From positions 4,889,374 through 4,953,373 of the forward strand of contig CM082583.2 of NCBI GenBank assembly GCA_040954595.2: 64,000 nucleotides of DNA, given 5' to 3'. This document shows, piece after piece, positions 12,001 through 27,000 of this stretch. The position numbers and the translations under genes are program-made. Each line of letters opens with the position of its first letter. Position 1 is the stretch's first letter. The stretch comes from Balanoglossus misakiensis (Eukaryota > Animalia > Hemichordata). The notes beneath the pieces are model-generated. The model saw only the letters and a program-made list of their open reading frames with translations. It was not told the DNA's origin and ran no database searches.

Positions 12001-15000
12001 TATTATTTGATTAATATTTAAATCCTTACCTCGCTGATCTTTTCCAACTCCTTGTTTTCTAATTCCAGTGCCTCACACTTAGCTCTGGCCATTTGCAATG
12101 ATTCCCTCAATGCAATCGCTTCTTTTATCATTGTCTCTCTTGTCTACACCATAAAGATAATGTAAAAAAAAACACTACTGAAATAAATAAATTCATTGTA
12201 CAGTACAATTATTGCTAAACATCATACTTCACAGATGTTATTTGAATTTGAAAATGTTTGGAAAGCTGAAAAAATAGTATCAGGCTAATAAGTGACATCA
12301 CAGTAGCATTTACTTCAATATATATTTTTGTTGTTTTTAAAAACATATTATTGTTGTTCTAGTAAGTACTCATTATACTAGTGATAGCAATGGGTTACGG
12401 TATGATATATGTTTCAAAAATATTTTTGTAGCCTCACAATAACATATGCAACAAAACCAGGAAGATTGAAAGTGCCATACGTCGCAAAGTATTAGAATAT
12501 CACAAAGTTACAACCCACATAAACCCTTTATTACCACTATTTGACTCAGCCCCCACTGTTTTAAATAGAAGGATGAGTCCATTTACAGAGACAAACAGGG
12601 GTGATGGCTTTTATTAAACGATAAATCACTGTACCCTATGTGCATTGGCATTTTCATCTTCCAACATCTTAAGGGCGTGGTAGGTCTGTTCCACTATCTT
12701 GTCCCGTTTCTTGTGTTCTGCCTGCAGTGTGTTGTATGCAGATTTCAACGTCTTCAGTTCGTGATCTAGCTCCTCAATCCTGGGGGGAAAAAATTGCAAA
12801 GGAACGTATACAGCCACGCTCATCCATACAGGGTGCATGTGTGTTGACATTCATTTTTCAAAGAGGTTAGTTTATTACTTAGGAAAAACTGTAAGAAACC
12901 CTGTATCAAGGGAACTATGACTCTTTCGGATCGTAGGGTGAGTTTTTCTGATTTGATGGGACATCTGATGTTAATGTACCAGTACCCTGGTGACATTAAT
13001 GCGTACCAGACCAATCAGAAATCAGTGATTATCACATGATTTTGATGGCTAAGGCTGCATTCACAAACACCTCTGGAGGGGGGGGCAGGAGAATTGAGGG
13101 GGGGGATTTGAAAAAATTGAGGGTATGTAAGGGGGGGGATTTGAAATAATTTAGGGACTGAAAGGGGGGGACTTGAAAACTTTAACGACTAAATATTTAT
13201 TTTGAGTCCACAAAAATGCAGTTTCGCGCCCTTTATTTTACAAAATTTTACAAAATTTTCACACCCACCCCCTCCATTCATCAACACCTTTCAATCATTG
13301 ACTGGTTTATCTAGTGTCCCAGATCAGGGGACTTGCCCCACCCCATGATAACTTTGAGCGGCGACGGTTAAATTTGTCCTCCCCAACATACCGGTAGTTG
13401 AGTTCATTTGCTTTTGCCGGGTTCATTAAAATGCAGCTTTGAGCTCTGTATTTTAGAAAATTTTCTTACGTGGGAGGGGGACACCCCCTCCCAAACCCAC
13501 CCCCTTCAATTCTCGGTTTACAATGTCTCCCAACACAGAATACAAATATATGTACTTAAAAAATAAAAACAATGTTCAGTTTTTAATACCCACTGATGAG
13601 GGGAAACATCAGCTTCAAATTCTTTTCATGGGAGCGCTCTTTTTCTTTTTACAAGATAGATAGGTGATGTGTTTTGCTCTGTGAAAGAAAATGGGGGGGG
13701 GGGATTTCAAAATTTTGGCAGTTCGGAAGGGGGGGATTTGAAAATATTGGCAGTTCGGAAGGGGGGCATGTGAAAATTAGCGGTAAAAAAAATTGAATTC
13801 TCCCGCCCCCCCCTCCAGAGGTGTTTGTGAATGCAGCCTAAACATGATTACTTTTCCATCAGAATATTAATTTATGGAAACATCACAGATGTCTACATGG
13901 TCCATACCCGTTGTTGTTCAAGGATGTAAAGACTACCGGTACTCTAAAAAAATTTCGACAATCCCCCCTTACCTTTCTTGAAGTCTTTCTCTCTTTCGTA
14001 TCGTTTCTATTTTCTCCGTCACAGATTCATCTCTGTCTCTTTGTAACTCGACAACTTTTCTTTGTAGACCCTGCAGCGACAGCCAGTCGAGGAAAATATT
14101 TGGGAAAAAATGATGGAGAAAGTCATAAGATAAAGAATTTGCATTTCAGGGGCGTGTTATTCACTTGAAATTCATTCATTGCCAACAGTGCTGTATATGC
14201 GATGAAAATAAACGTCCATTGATGTCAACTGCAGGAATGTTTCCCTGCTTTTCCTGTAACCTCATATAAATGCCTGTCACACAGTGAATTTCAGAACACA
14301 GCAAAAAATAATTGAATTTGATGTTCAAAATTCACATCTTGCGAAAGGGGTAATTGATATCCTGGGGCACCATTTTACTGCATATTGTGTGCGTGTGTAA
14401 ATTTGCCCCAGGCAAGTGAGATACATAGTGTCTATCTCATAAATTGACAACAGTATCTGCATAATTAAGTCAAGCAATGTGGTTCTGGATAACATATTGC
14501 TTTCCAAAAATAGATTAAGTAGGTTGATATACATGTATTCGTTATATTTTTCTATTTATTTTTTTTAAATTCCTACTGGGTGTTTTGAAGGCATTATAGC
14601 TGTGATCAGTTCCTCCATAACACCAATTAAAGGCAGTGTCATCATTGTAACAGTCACGATATCTAGACTACATCCTGATTGCATTTTACTTTCATGCTAG
14701 TTAACAGTGTAATTACAGTTTATTTCTACAGTGATTTGGTTTTGAAAAGTTTGGGGTCAGTTTGTAAATATTAGGGCGTGAGTCTAGGTTTTATTAGAAC
14801 CGCATATTTTTTTTTACCTTGTATAGAAGTACTGGCAAACTCAATCTTTATACCCACCTCTTGCGTTGTGGAATAATTTTCAATGGCAAACTCTCTCTCT
14901 GTAAGTCTGGCTTCCATTTCACACATTCTCTGCGTCTGCACCTGTAAAGTTAACAATAATAACGATAACCGTGCATTAGATGGTCCCCTGTGACACCACT

Positions 15001-18000
15001 GAATTATCTAGAGGGTTCATTTGGCCAAAGTAACACAATATTTCATAACTTTCCAGGAATATTTCCCGTGCCACTATGACCAATTTTTCGGCAAATTACA
15101 ATTTTCTTTTACAGGCTAATTATTTGTTCAATCCATTTTCTACATTTACACTTGCTATTAAAATAAAATGTGATAAATCACATCAGAATCTAACATGAAA
15201 AGCATCGACTGTCACCATGGTAATGCACATGATAATGACAGCTGATTCATCACTGTTATGGAATTTGGGAAGAGAGCATATTCATGTCTTTTGCACTACA
15301 TTTTTTCGGCTACGGTACTTTGCTCATGCATGGTCTCCATCTGTTTGTTAAATTAAGGTGATGCACGTTTCCCCCCTAATTCCTGTTGGGGTTCCTATCA
15401 TTTACCAGTGTTCCCCATAGGAAAAACACTGTTAGCAGTCCATGTACTACCATACCTCAACGATATAATTTTTGGTATGCATAATAAATTATACCATCAA
15501 AGTATTTTGATTATATATGCATAAACTGATTGAGAGTATGAAAGAAGTCATTTATACAAAATGACAAAAGTTATATTATATATAATAATATACAATATAA
15601 TGAGGTTGGCAAACATGACTGGTTGAAGTTGTTTGAGCAGTGTTATTGGGCAAACATGTAGTGTGAAATAAAAGATGTCCAGAGTAAAATTTAATATGCT
15701 GGTTAGAGACATTTATTGAACGCCTGTCTAGTTTGATTATCAGAGTTCCACAAACGAGTTCTTTATCACATTTCTGGAGGTTATATTCAGATCACAATTA
15801 CCGGTATACCATGTTCAAATATATGACCCTATATTTTTTTTACGGGTTGGTATATATTGCTTTTGGATCGGACCTTGGCTTTACTGCTAAGGGCGACGTT
15901 TTTATTTTCTGTGTTTCTCATCTCCCGACCGACCGTAAATTTCAGCTCCGACATGAAAATAAAAAAAACTGTTTTATTTGCGCCGACTCTGAGCCTGAGG
16001 CGATCATCCTAGCAACAGCGCCCCCAACGGCTAATTGTGAGATTTTGCAAATATGACGTCATATTCATCATGGCGGTCGTGTCGGACCATGGCTGAAGCC
16101 ATCGAGGCCGGAGGAAAGGGAAGAAATTGTAGAGAATGAAAGGACAGAGCATTAAAGAGAAAGACAAGAAATTATAGTGACTAAAAGGACAGAGAGCACA
16201 AAACACTGGACTGAAAGATAAGAAATTGCAATGACTGAACAGCCAGAACATTGAACAGAAACAAATAGGCCTACACATTTGTTTGTAATGGATAAAACAT
16301 GGAACTGAAACAGGTTTTTTTTTTTTGGTACACGTTTTTTTTTATTTCGCCCGCCCGCCCTGCCTGACTATTCCTCTGGAGATGAGAAACAAATAAAAAA
16401 AAAGGGTCACCCTAATACAAAACCGACTACGATAAGGTTAAAATCCTGTACCAAGCTGCTGTCTATTCGGGAATGACTTGGGATATCATCTTGACCTGAG
16501 TGTAGTTACCAAGGCAACTTTAACCCTTTCACCCTAGTGCCCTCTTTAGAGGTCCAACCTTACCATAGAAAACAGTGGGTTTTGACTGAACCTTAGTGGT
16601 GAAAGGGTTTTCTGAGTTCATTCGGAAGAGAATTGCCTCATTTTTGTTGTTGTTCAGGGACATGATGGATGCACTGACGTAGCCTATGATCTGTGTAAAT
16701 GCAGTTCTTAAATTTCAATTTCCGTCTGAAACTTTCCACATATGGAGAATACCAATAAGGCATTCATAATACATTTCCACCATAAGTCTTTTACTTTAGG
16801 GAAGACGACAGCCTTAAAAGCATTTCATTACTGATATCCTGACCTCACTCAGTGTACCACACAAATGTCATTACTTGCTAATTCTCCAAGAACATTGAGA
16901 GTATTTTTCTCTCTTCTTTAGATCACCTATCCCTGACCCCTAAATACAAACCTCTGCAAAGCAAATGTTTTAATCAACACAGCTAAGTTGTTTTCAGTGG
17001 TGAGGAAAGATCAACCCATGTGCTTTAAAATGGGGTGTATATAGAGAGTACTAAAATAAATTCTTCTTGTTTAGCACACTGAAAATACGGAAACTTGGTG
17101 TAGGGGTGAAGACCAGGGTCTATATTCTGATATAGTCAAAAGTGAAATCAAATCATACAGTTTGTTATTTGCTCTCTCTGTCTCTGTCTCGATCTCTCTG
17201 AAATTTAACTTTGATGAACTTGAACAGAAATTAATTCCCGACTTAACCCTTTCACCACCATGGTTCAGCCCAAACCCACTATTTTCTACAGTAAAGGTTG
17301 GACCTCTATACAGGGAACTGGGGGTGGAAGCTAGGGCTAAAATTTACCTTCAATGTTGCATGGGCGTCTCTCAGTTTCTCCACCAGTGCCAATCTCCTCT
17401 GTTCGCTCTCGTGCAGCGAGTCCTTCAGCCCCTTCACAGACACGGCGCTGGAGGACGTCGACGGCATGCTCCAAAACTCGTTCCCGACGGATGACGGAGG
17501 CGGCGTTCTCAGCGACAGTCTCTGGTAGTCGTGGCGACTGCTGCCCAGGTGCGGGTTGTCGTCCAGGTGGAGCATCGAGGCCATGGATGACCTCATAGCC
17601 CTGGCAGAGATACCGTTGCTATAGACAATGAAAATTAAGAGATGTCACTGTCATGATTGTTCAGTTTCTATCTTCATCTATTCTCTGTACATGCACAAAC
17701 ATCTACCGGTAGACCTCATTCATATTTGGGAGACTGTGTGACTCCTTCATCAGTATATTACCCTACTCCTTGTGAAGATATAAATTGGTACATAACACTA
17801 GTTTTTTCCAAGAGCAGCTAAAACTAAAATACCAAAACTTTTTGAGACTATGAACTGTGGGTAATACATGAGGTAACCAAGTAAACCAAAGAAAGCTAGT
17901 GTAAATAATTATTGTCACAGTGTTAACTAATGAGTAACTATAACCAGCAAATAAGTGCAATAGTGGGAACACAATTGTTTCAACAAGGACTAGTACATTT

Positions 18001-21000
18001 ATACAGTTTTCTTGTGTATACATAAAACAAATGCAAAGAATCAAAATATTGTGTAAAGATCAATCACTGGATTCTGGAAAACTTCAGAAAATAAACTTTA
18101 TTGTCTGACTCACAACATTAACCTATGCTAAGTTCTGGCAGTGCATGATAGCAAGTTTATGCACAGGTGCGGCAGCAATAAAATAAAGTCATAGAAATCG
18201 AAATAATTATGGACTATTGTACCCAGAGTCGCTGGGTGTTTATACGAGGCATGGGTGGGTCACCGAAAGCAATGGTTTGAATTCCAATCAATGCGAGAAC
18301 CATAATGATAGTACAACCTGTGGCTCCATCAATCTCGATGCTTGCTATTCATGGCTTTGTTCGCTCCAAAGGCCTCAGGGCCGGCGGTTAACTCTCCCCA
18401 AATCAATTTTATAGTCACAATGAAAGTCAAGACGGGGGACAAAGGAGTGAGATTTATGACAGCCAAGTACAGGGCTGTGTTTTGTTTGCACGCGTCAGTG
18501 GAGGGCTCTTGAAGTTGTCATTGTGTTCCGTCTTTCTTTCTTTCTCAATGTTTTGCTTTCTTTTGATATTTCTATTGTTTGTGAAAAGGGATCAACCTGA
18601 TATTAGTGGTGGAAGAGTATAATTTATAAACTTTGAAAGGACCAAGGATTCTGTCACTTTGCTTGCAGGCAATAACTTAGTGATTGTGCTTACTTTCAGC
18701 ATAACCTGATTGCCAGCAATAAGATACAGGAATTTGAAACGGGAGCAGTGACACAAAAGATACGACTGCAAATAAAAATGTTCATAGGAATTGGTGATTT
18801 TTTAATACAGATAGTTTTTATAGACTTATTAGACTCTCACAAATTAAGTATCCAACATTGGATATAAGTACTGAAGATCCAGAGAATTCTGTGGATTGGC
18901 TGCTATTGCTGGCAAGGTTCCAAACGCATGTAGTGCTGCATATGCAAAATGCTACCATATCCAATGCTTTCTACAGGTTTTTGACACCTGGTATTTTTGA
19001 CAATTTTCCTAACTTCTCAACTGTCTCAATTTTTGCACCCATTTTCAGCTGAATTTTCACAATTATGAAGTCATGGAGTGGAAGACAAGGGAGATAAGCA
19101 TGCTTTTCTGAAAATTGTACATTTTTGTAAAAAGACAATATATTCCAAGGAAACCAAGAACCTGCATATGAATTGAATATTTTGAACAGCCCCCCTTAGC
19201 AACCACTGCCTAGCAATTTGAATCGTTTGGTATATCTCATTAACCTTTATGATATTTACTCTACTTTCATTTCATAAGTTAACGGACAATGATGTGGAAC
19301 GCACGCTTCACAATTCTAATCCAATTGTTTCACTTTAGCATTGCAGAATGGGAAAGAGGTGCTATTCTAGAGATAGACATGATTAGTTACTGGTCCCCCT
19401 GGGACTGTCTGTAGATAATGGATTCGTTCAGACAATTTGGAGTTCTGAAAGTATGTATCATGATTTCATTCATACCGAAGGCAGGCACAGGGCAATTGAC
19501 AGCAGCTGTATCTCATATTTTCCAGTGCACATCTTCTATGTAATGACTGTATTTCGTTCCATCAAGAGATCACTACATGCTTTTCAACAAAACTGAACTT
19601 TAGAAACCAGCATACAAAACAGTTTTATTCATAAAGTAATGGTGAATCTCTCTTCATTGCATTATGTCTTTAGTAATTTTTAGTTTCTTCAGTTCTTCAG
19701 ATCCCTTCATGCTTCACGTTCAGCATACCAAAATGCCCAGTATATGCATTTCCTATTTCAGATATACCGGTATAGCACAACATTTAAACACCAAGAAACT
19801 GTTAGTTGAAATACATCCTAACAAAAAATCTGGAAATTAAAACATTGCTGCAACTACTTTCCCTGTCTGATAACTGTCATTGATATTTGACACAGCAAAT
19901 CGGGTCATTCACTTTAATTACAAGTGATTCTTCAATCACTTGAAAACATGATACTGGGCCCAAAATATCTGCCATTGAAGTTCAGAATGAGTAGTAATTC
20001 TGTGGTGTCGAACATATGAAGGAACTTAACTGATACCTTATTTAACAGTCAGACAAAAAGTGATTCATAGACTTGACATTTGTGGGTTTTTCAGTAGGAA
20101 TCTGCAATTTCCTTTTAATTTTAGCTGTCAGCGAGCGTTTTCTACTCTGGTGAATCATGAAATGTGCAAATTTTGTTCGCTGAGGGACAGAACTTTTGAA
20201 CTGTGTCAGCTCATTCACTATCCAGCCTTCACTGTACAGTATTACCACAAAATCCAGCGTTTAGCCCCGGCACTCGACTGTAAAATTGGCTCTTCAAAAA
20301 ACGACTTAATAAGGGAGGTGTAGCACATATGCAACCAGACCACCATTTTCTCTCTTACCAGAAATTACCTCGCTGTGACTGACAAATTATCGATCGGGGA
20401 GACATGCCTGTCAAATTGCCAGTTTCTAGTCAAATTCAACAATCCTCTCCCGTCACTTCAAGTGACAGAGGGCCCTTAGGCAAACTCATATATAAACAAC
20501 GCTTGGAGGAAATGACTATTTAATTACCAACCACTCCTATTCTGCAGAAGTCCATTACAAAAGCTTATTTAAAATTTAACCACATATTTACACATCTGTC
20601 CAAATGCGTTGGTTTGCATTGCCATGGCAACAACATCCTGCCATTTACATTCACTGTCATGAGGAATGGTCTCATTTACAACAGATGAAGTTTGGATTCA
20701 CACTATTTCATGAAGAGGCATTTTGTTTGAATTAATATTGTGATAAGTGGCAAAAGTTGTCCTAACATTAATTTTTTTCTGTTTCAGTCTGCCCAGGCAT
20801 GGCAGTTGAGACTATTCCAAGTGAGGGTATAACTATTTGATTAAATTTACATAAATTAAGGATTCTTGGATTCATTTCAAAACTGACGGAGTTCCACGTG
20901 GCTTCTTGACAATTAAAACTCAATACAACCAGTTTTGATGACTTGATTGTCTCTCCACTTACCCGATACCACTGTCTGAGTCCATCATTGTTGCAGCGTA

Positions 21001-24000
21001 GTCGAAAGTTTTTCCGGAGGACTGGGGTCGGGAACTGCCAGCGCTTGCCGGTCTCTCACTTCCCAGTGACTGCCGCAGCCCTATCAACTCATCCTCCCTG
21101 TCCCGTCTGATCCTCTGCTCCCTCTGAAAGTGAATAGAACAGGTCTCAATCAATTGATGCGGAACGTGCCATTTTTGATCAGAGGGTTGGTGGTACCAAA
21201 ATTGTCAGGGTGGGATAAAGTGGTGAAATGCAAACCATACATTCAGGATTGTGGATGAGGTTTAGATGATGAAGATCTTTTTCAAAATAATTTCACAATA
21301 TAATACAGTTTCATGGAATAATCACTGCACTGCGATCATGTTAGCAGCACATAAAATCTTGAAGTACGTAAATGGGCAGGTGTTTTTAATAGCCACTAGT
21401 CCCATCTACATCACTAATATTGTTTGAAATGTGATATTGGTTATATAGACCCCAATGATTGCTAAAGTGACACCAGTATATGGAAAATCATGTTTGAGTA
21501 AAATTGTGATGGGGCTGAAAAAACAAAATCTGCACGCGTGCATAGTTTCAAATATCAGACTTCAATCGGAGTTACGAGGGGCGCAGGCAAACACTGTCAT
21601 CAAAGTAAAATGTTAAAGGTCCCCGAGGGGACATCATGGCATTTGTACAACACAGCCCCATTGCAAACAAATTTGTGCGTGATGGAAGGTTGCCAAATCT
21701 AATACCTGTGTTTTACCTGTAAGACTCGATGTCCCATTAAAGGAACACACTAGTGGGCTCGATGTCCCATTAAAGGAACACACTAGTGGTTTTTGACATA
21801 TATTTGGTTTATTTTTGGTTTCGAGTGGTAAGTTGATATTACGGTACTGTCTGCTCAGTACTGCCGGTAATCTGATTCTTCTAAGGTGTTTCGTGCACTT
21901 TATGGAGAGTTGAAAAGTTTCATGACTTGAAACAGTTGGTGATGGATCAAACATATGCTCATATATGTTCTCATACTGTGGCTACATATTAAACTAGAAC
22001 AGCAACGGTCACGCTGCTAAGAAGCCATGCTATATTGAAATGTCCACTGAACCAGTGCACTCAAGCCAAATAAATTTGTGTAGGTACAAATTTACCCCCA
22101 TTCTTTTTCAAACCTAGGTCAAAAAAGGCAACAATGCCTTTTAAATGTTTTCTATCAACTCTCACGTAAGCTGACCTAAATACTATTATGTGCCATTTGG
22201 ACACTTTGAAGAAGTCAACAAAAAATCAAACTTTGCCTGAATTACTGAAATACCAGTATACTTTAGGAAAACATGATATAATTGCACATACTTACAGACA
22301 ATTGTTCTCTCAACAGAGATTCTTGCTACCCTAAACCTCAAACCAACAGTAAGGGCCTAGGGAATCAATTTCACACCAATGAATCCACAAAATAAAGAGA
22401 TTACACAAAGATCATCCAGAAGGTCAAAACCAAGGTCAAATCCTCCTCCGCAGGTACTTGAGAAGATTACAGTCACAGCAATGTGAGAAGAAACTTTTTT
22501 TCCACTGAAACTCCCAACGAAAACACAATCCAAAACAGCCTCCAACAATTGCAATTGTATGCTCACATACTTTTAACCGACCGTCGATGGCGACCCTAAC
22601 AACCCTCAGCAAATTTTTATTGTAAGCCCCCGGGCATGGCTATTATGCGACTGTTTGAACCCTCTTGTCAATATGAGTCGGCCAAGATGGGTAAAAGTGC
22701 CGCATTTAAAATACCACGATATCCAACACCAGAAGTGTCTGAATGTTAAACCCAGGCCTCTCAGCGAAGAAGCGAACCCTTTCAGAAACATTTGTAAATC
22801 ACCAATATATGCTGCGGCTATCGTAATGCTAAAACAACAAAGTTGCACTGCTTTGGTATTGTGACTGAAGTTATGTTTTTGAAATGTTATTCATATTTTG
22901 TTAAATGTTTATTTGTTTGTTTGATTGAAGAAACTGTTCATCTTGTTTTATTTGTTTGTTTACTTGCACACACTGATTTACAAGCTGTTAGAACTCTGTT
23001 CACACCCAGCTTAGATAGAGATACACATTATGACCACTTCAGTGACATTTTATGGTACATACCAGAAATTATGACGGGAAAGAATTTACAGAATGCAAAG
23101 TATGACTGCTAAAAGTGACCAATATAGACTTCAGTGACTAGAACAAAATAAACAATTCCTCACATCAAGCAAAATCAAAGGGCGCGATCACCCATGACAA
23201 TTTAGCATTAACGGTTACCATGGAATGTAAAGATCTAGCCAATCAGGTTTTCATTGATCGGGCCACAAACAAAAAGGTGCACCACAACATAGTTATAAGA
23301 AGACTTTGACTCGCCCATTTAACCATTTATGGACATATATTGTATCTTTGACTAGACACGGAATCAAACGGCATTAAACCAAAATATCTTCTTCTACCGT
23401 ATCCCATGGCAACCAACCAGGTGTATGGCTTCACCATGGAATGCTATGCACACGTCTTCATTCAGCCAACAATATTGAATTTCCGGTGCTGACTACAGAA
23501 TAATACAGCACTGTAATTGCCATTCTGCCCACTTTTATCACTGAAATACAGTGGGCAGTTTTCAAGCTTTACTGCCAGCTCACACAGAACAACCCTCTGA
23601 CTGTCAATCATTGGTATATCACCAGATGGCTTTTGAATATTGGTTGATACATTAATATACAATGGCTGCCTGTAATTGGCTACTAAAGGTCATGTGCCTA
23701 TCCTGGAACTGATTCAAAACTTGGACTTTTCAAGCAACGTAAAAAGTAGAGCCTATAGTTGAAATCCCTTCTTGTCTAACCCCTGATGTGTAATGGCTTC
23801 ATTGAAATCACACTGAGCACACGACTATTGACAATATTACAGAGTTTAAGCAAACTTACGTCTAATTGCAGGTACATTTGGCACTAAACAGAACAGGAAA
23901 TTGCAGTCGCGCTACCATCAACTCTAATCTACCTCTGGGAGATTCTTTTGTGATCGCATTCACCTTATTATTACTCACTTTGCAAAACTCGATTTATCAC

Positions 24001-27000
24001 GCAAATTTTCCTCCCTCCTTTTTTATTTTGTTTTCCAACTCTTGAAATTTCAAGGATATTGGCTTGCGGGATACTTGAAGTGGCACTCATGCGAGTAAGT
24101 GCATTTATCTTTCAGCTGATTACACATTGCAGCTATCAAACGCAGACACGCATTTCCATCCAGTTAATTTTCTTCTCCGTTAAACAGAGATACAGAAAAT
24201 GAAAGTGAACAGCTCACCAAGTTCCTTTATATTCTCGAGTTATGCATGTCGCAAAACGTTCTGGCTCATATTTTTCTACCTCTGTCAGTTTCTGCTCTTG
24301 TGGTTTTGGTTGAAAGTGAACTTTTAACGTTATCGCGGACTCCAGGACACTGGATTAAAGAGGGCTAGTAACATCACTCCTTATGCTTAATGTTCATTAT
24401 GGGTGAGTTTCCTTCCCATGATTACAACATACATGTCCAATGTAAAGTGAAGTGTGCATTACTGAGTTTTTTTGAACCGTCAAATTCAACAGTCCGCCAT
24501 TACAGAAATCACCACAGCAAAGCTGCATTTAATCTTCAATGCCACACTTTTTTATCGCGGCAAATCATGATTAATTTAAGTGGCCACAAAAATCACTTTT
24601 TTCCTCTTTTGAGGAAAACCGACTCAGAATGAAGATTTAAATGCAGGTTTTTATATCTGCTGCTTCCTCAGCCAGAAACACAACAGTCATTGCCAGTCCA
24701 TATACAGCGCACCGGTTATAGCGTCACCACGGTTTCCAGGAAAAGGCCCATAGTTACCGTCCAACAACACCTGTCTGTACGCGTACAGTCCACTATTATT
24801 CCGCCAGTCAAATCAAAGGACAGTAATTGCAGCCAAAACCAGGAAGCGAAAAACGGAATTTGTAACATGTAGGCACAGCTGCGCCATTTTACAAATTTCT
24901 CTGTTGATGCCTTTGGGGAAAAGAATAATCATATCAAACCATTTTCGTTCGAAAGTTATTTCAGAAAATGTAATTGCAAAGGCAGCTGTAGTCAAACTAT
25001 TATGAGTTTGCAGATTCCTATTATAGAGGCATGTACAGGCCAATAAGAGATGGGACGGTATATCCAACAGGCTTTTGAGGCAACTCTAAAAATTCTCAAA
25101 TTTCCTCATTGGAATATTTTCTTCTTCAAAGAGACCTTGCTAGGATTAATTTCGGCCAAGGATGGCTTTCTGTCCATTGGATGAATTACGCACAAGTGAA
25201 GGAAATATTTTATCACCTACACCTATACATTAACTGCTCTGAAGCCCGAGTGTGTGACATAGTCCATTTCTCAGAGTGGCCAGATAAACAATTCTGCAAG
25301 AATATCTATCAGCTGCAGCCTTGATAGGAGGAGAGAGGTGCCTTTATCAGATTGGCAACTGAAAGTGATACATCGCTCACAATAATCAAATCAATTCCAC
25401 CGATCATTCAGACCAACTCAAAAATAGAAACTGAAATGGCCTCAAAGTAGACAGACATCTCCTCCTGGCAAATGGAAACCATACATTATGTTAATTAAAT
25501 TGACATTCCAATCCACAGTTTTCGTTTTGTAGAAAGCACATGCAAAACAGCTATTGATGATTTTTATTATTCTGACATGAGTGGGTCCCCCCCCCCCCCC
25601 CCCTGGATTATAAGTGTCAGGTATTCTGATGTCTTAATTTGTGTGAATTCAGTCTCATGGAGCGTTTTGGGTAAATACTGTCTATCAAACACTGGGAAAA
25701 GAGATTAGTCATGGCAACTAGGTTATGATATTCTGTGACAGACTTTCATGGCTGTCAGTCTTAAAGGCACACATAGCTACAGCCAGCTACATTTAAGTAT
25801 TTTATTATAGACTGGAGTAATGTTTTTCTCCTTCTGTTATGTATATTTAATATTATTAACTATAATTTCATGTTGAAACCCTCCACATGTCTAATTTCTA
25901 TTTCTTTTGTCGAAGCCATACCCCTTTATCCACACATTAGTACAGTTTTGTTCAAAATAATACCTTATACAATTTACATCATCATGGTAGCCATTTTTGT
26001 CACATGTGTTTCTTTATGCCCCTTTCAACAAACACACATCATACGATTCCACTGCAACAGAATCAACTCACAGATATTTGATATGGTTACCAAACATAAA
26101 CCAGTCAGACCAAGGTTCCCCTTTAATGAAATTACAGGCATCATATTTGTAATTTTACGATACAAAATTCTGCACACTTAATGGCTTTGCGTATCGATTG
26201 AAATGTAATTTGTCTTGATGGGAAATGAGAACTTATGTGGGTGTTATCACCAAGTAATGACAATTACCATCCGACTGTGACCAGAATGTAATTACCGCTA
26301 CTTGCAATACATAACATTATGATAACTCATACCTCCTTTTGTAAATTTCATATCAGTTTTAATAACATACTGTTTTTTCCATCTTTCTTTGATCACTTTA
26401 AAACACTATACCGGTATGCTTTTGTAGACTGTGTTTTAATTTGTAGTTCTACGGATATTTAATATTGAGATTGAATGCTATACGCTCACTTCTTGTGTGT
26501 GATACCAATTCTGGCTGCCTTAAATAGGTCTTAACTTTGTGCTAGGGGTTGAAATCACATTATAACAACTGCATTCTGGGTAAAATGTCGACAATTCACT
26601 AAAGTGTTTGAAGAAATATGATAACTGTATATCATGACTTCTTTTGGTCAAAAATTTCTGTCTTTTTGGTTATAAGCATATTAAACTCGTTCAACTTTTT
26701 CACATTTACTGTTTACCAACTTGAATTATCATTGAAACTGGTTCATTTTTGCACATAGAAATGATTGGCAAAACTCAGTGAGTCACAACCACATAAAATC
26801 TATATCTATATATCCACAGTTGAATACTCTGGTGTGATCTACCATAACCTTTTTTTCTCAAAGAAGAGAGAATCAATTGTGTACAGCATTCCAAAAGTGC
26901 AAAGCCCAGTGATAATGATTACAGGTCAATACGACTTAAATTCCCTTCAATGACTGAGAGTGTTTCCATCCTGATCCCTATTTGTGTTTCATCGCCATTG

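Noticed and set aside
25761-26126. TTAAAGG...CCTTTAA as a Kolobok MITE
   Set aside because: The ends share only AGG/CCT with no extended TIR; probably two unrelated fragments.
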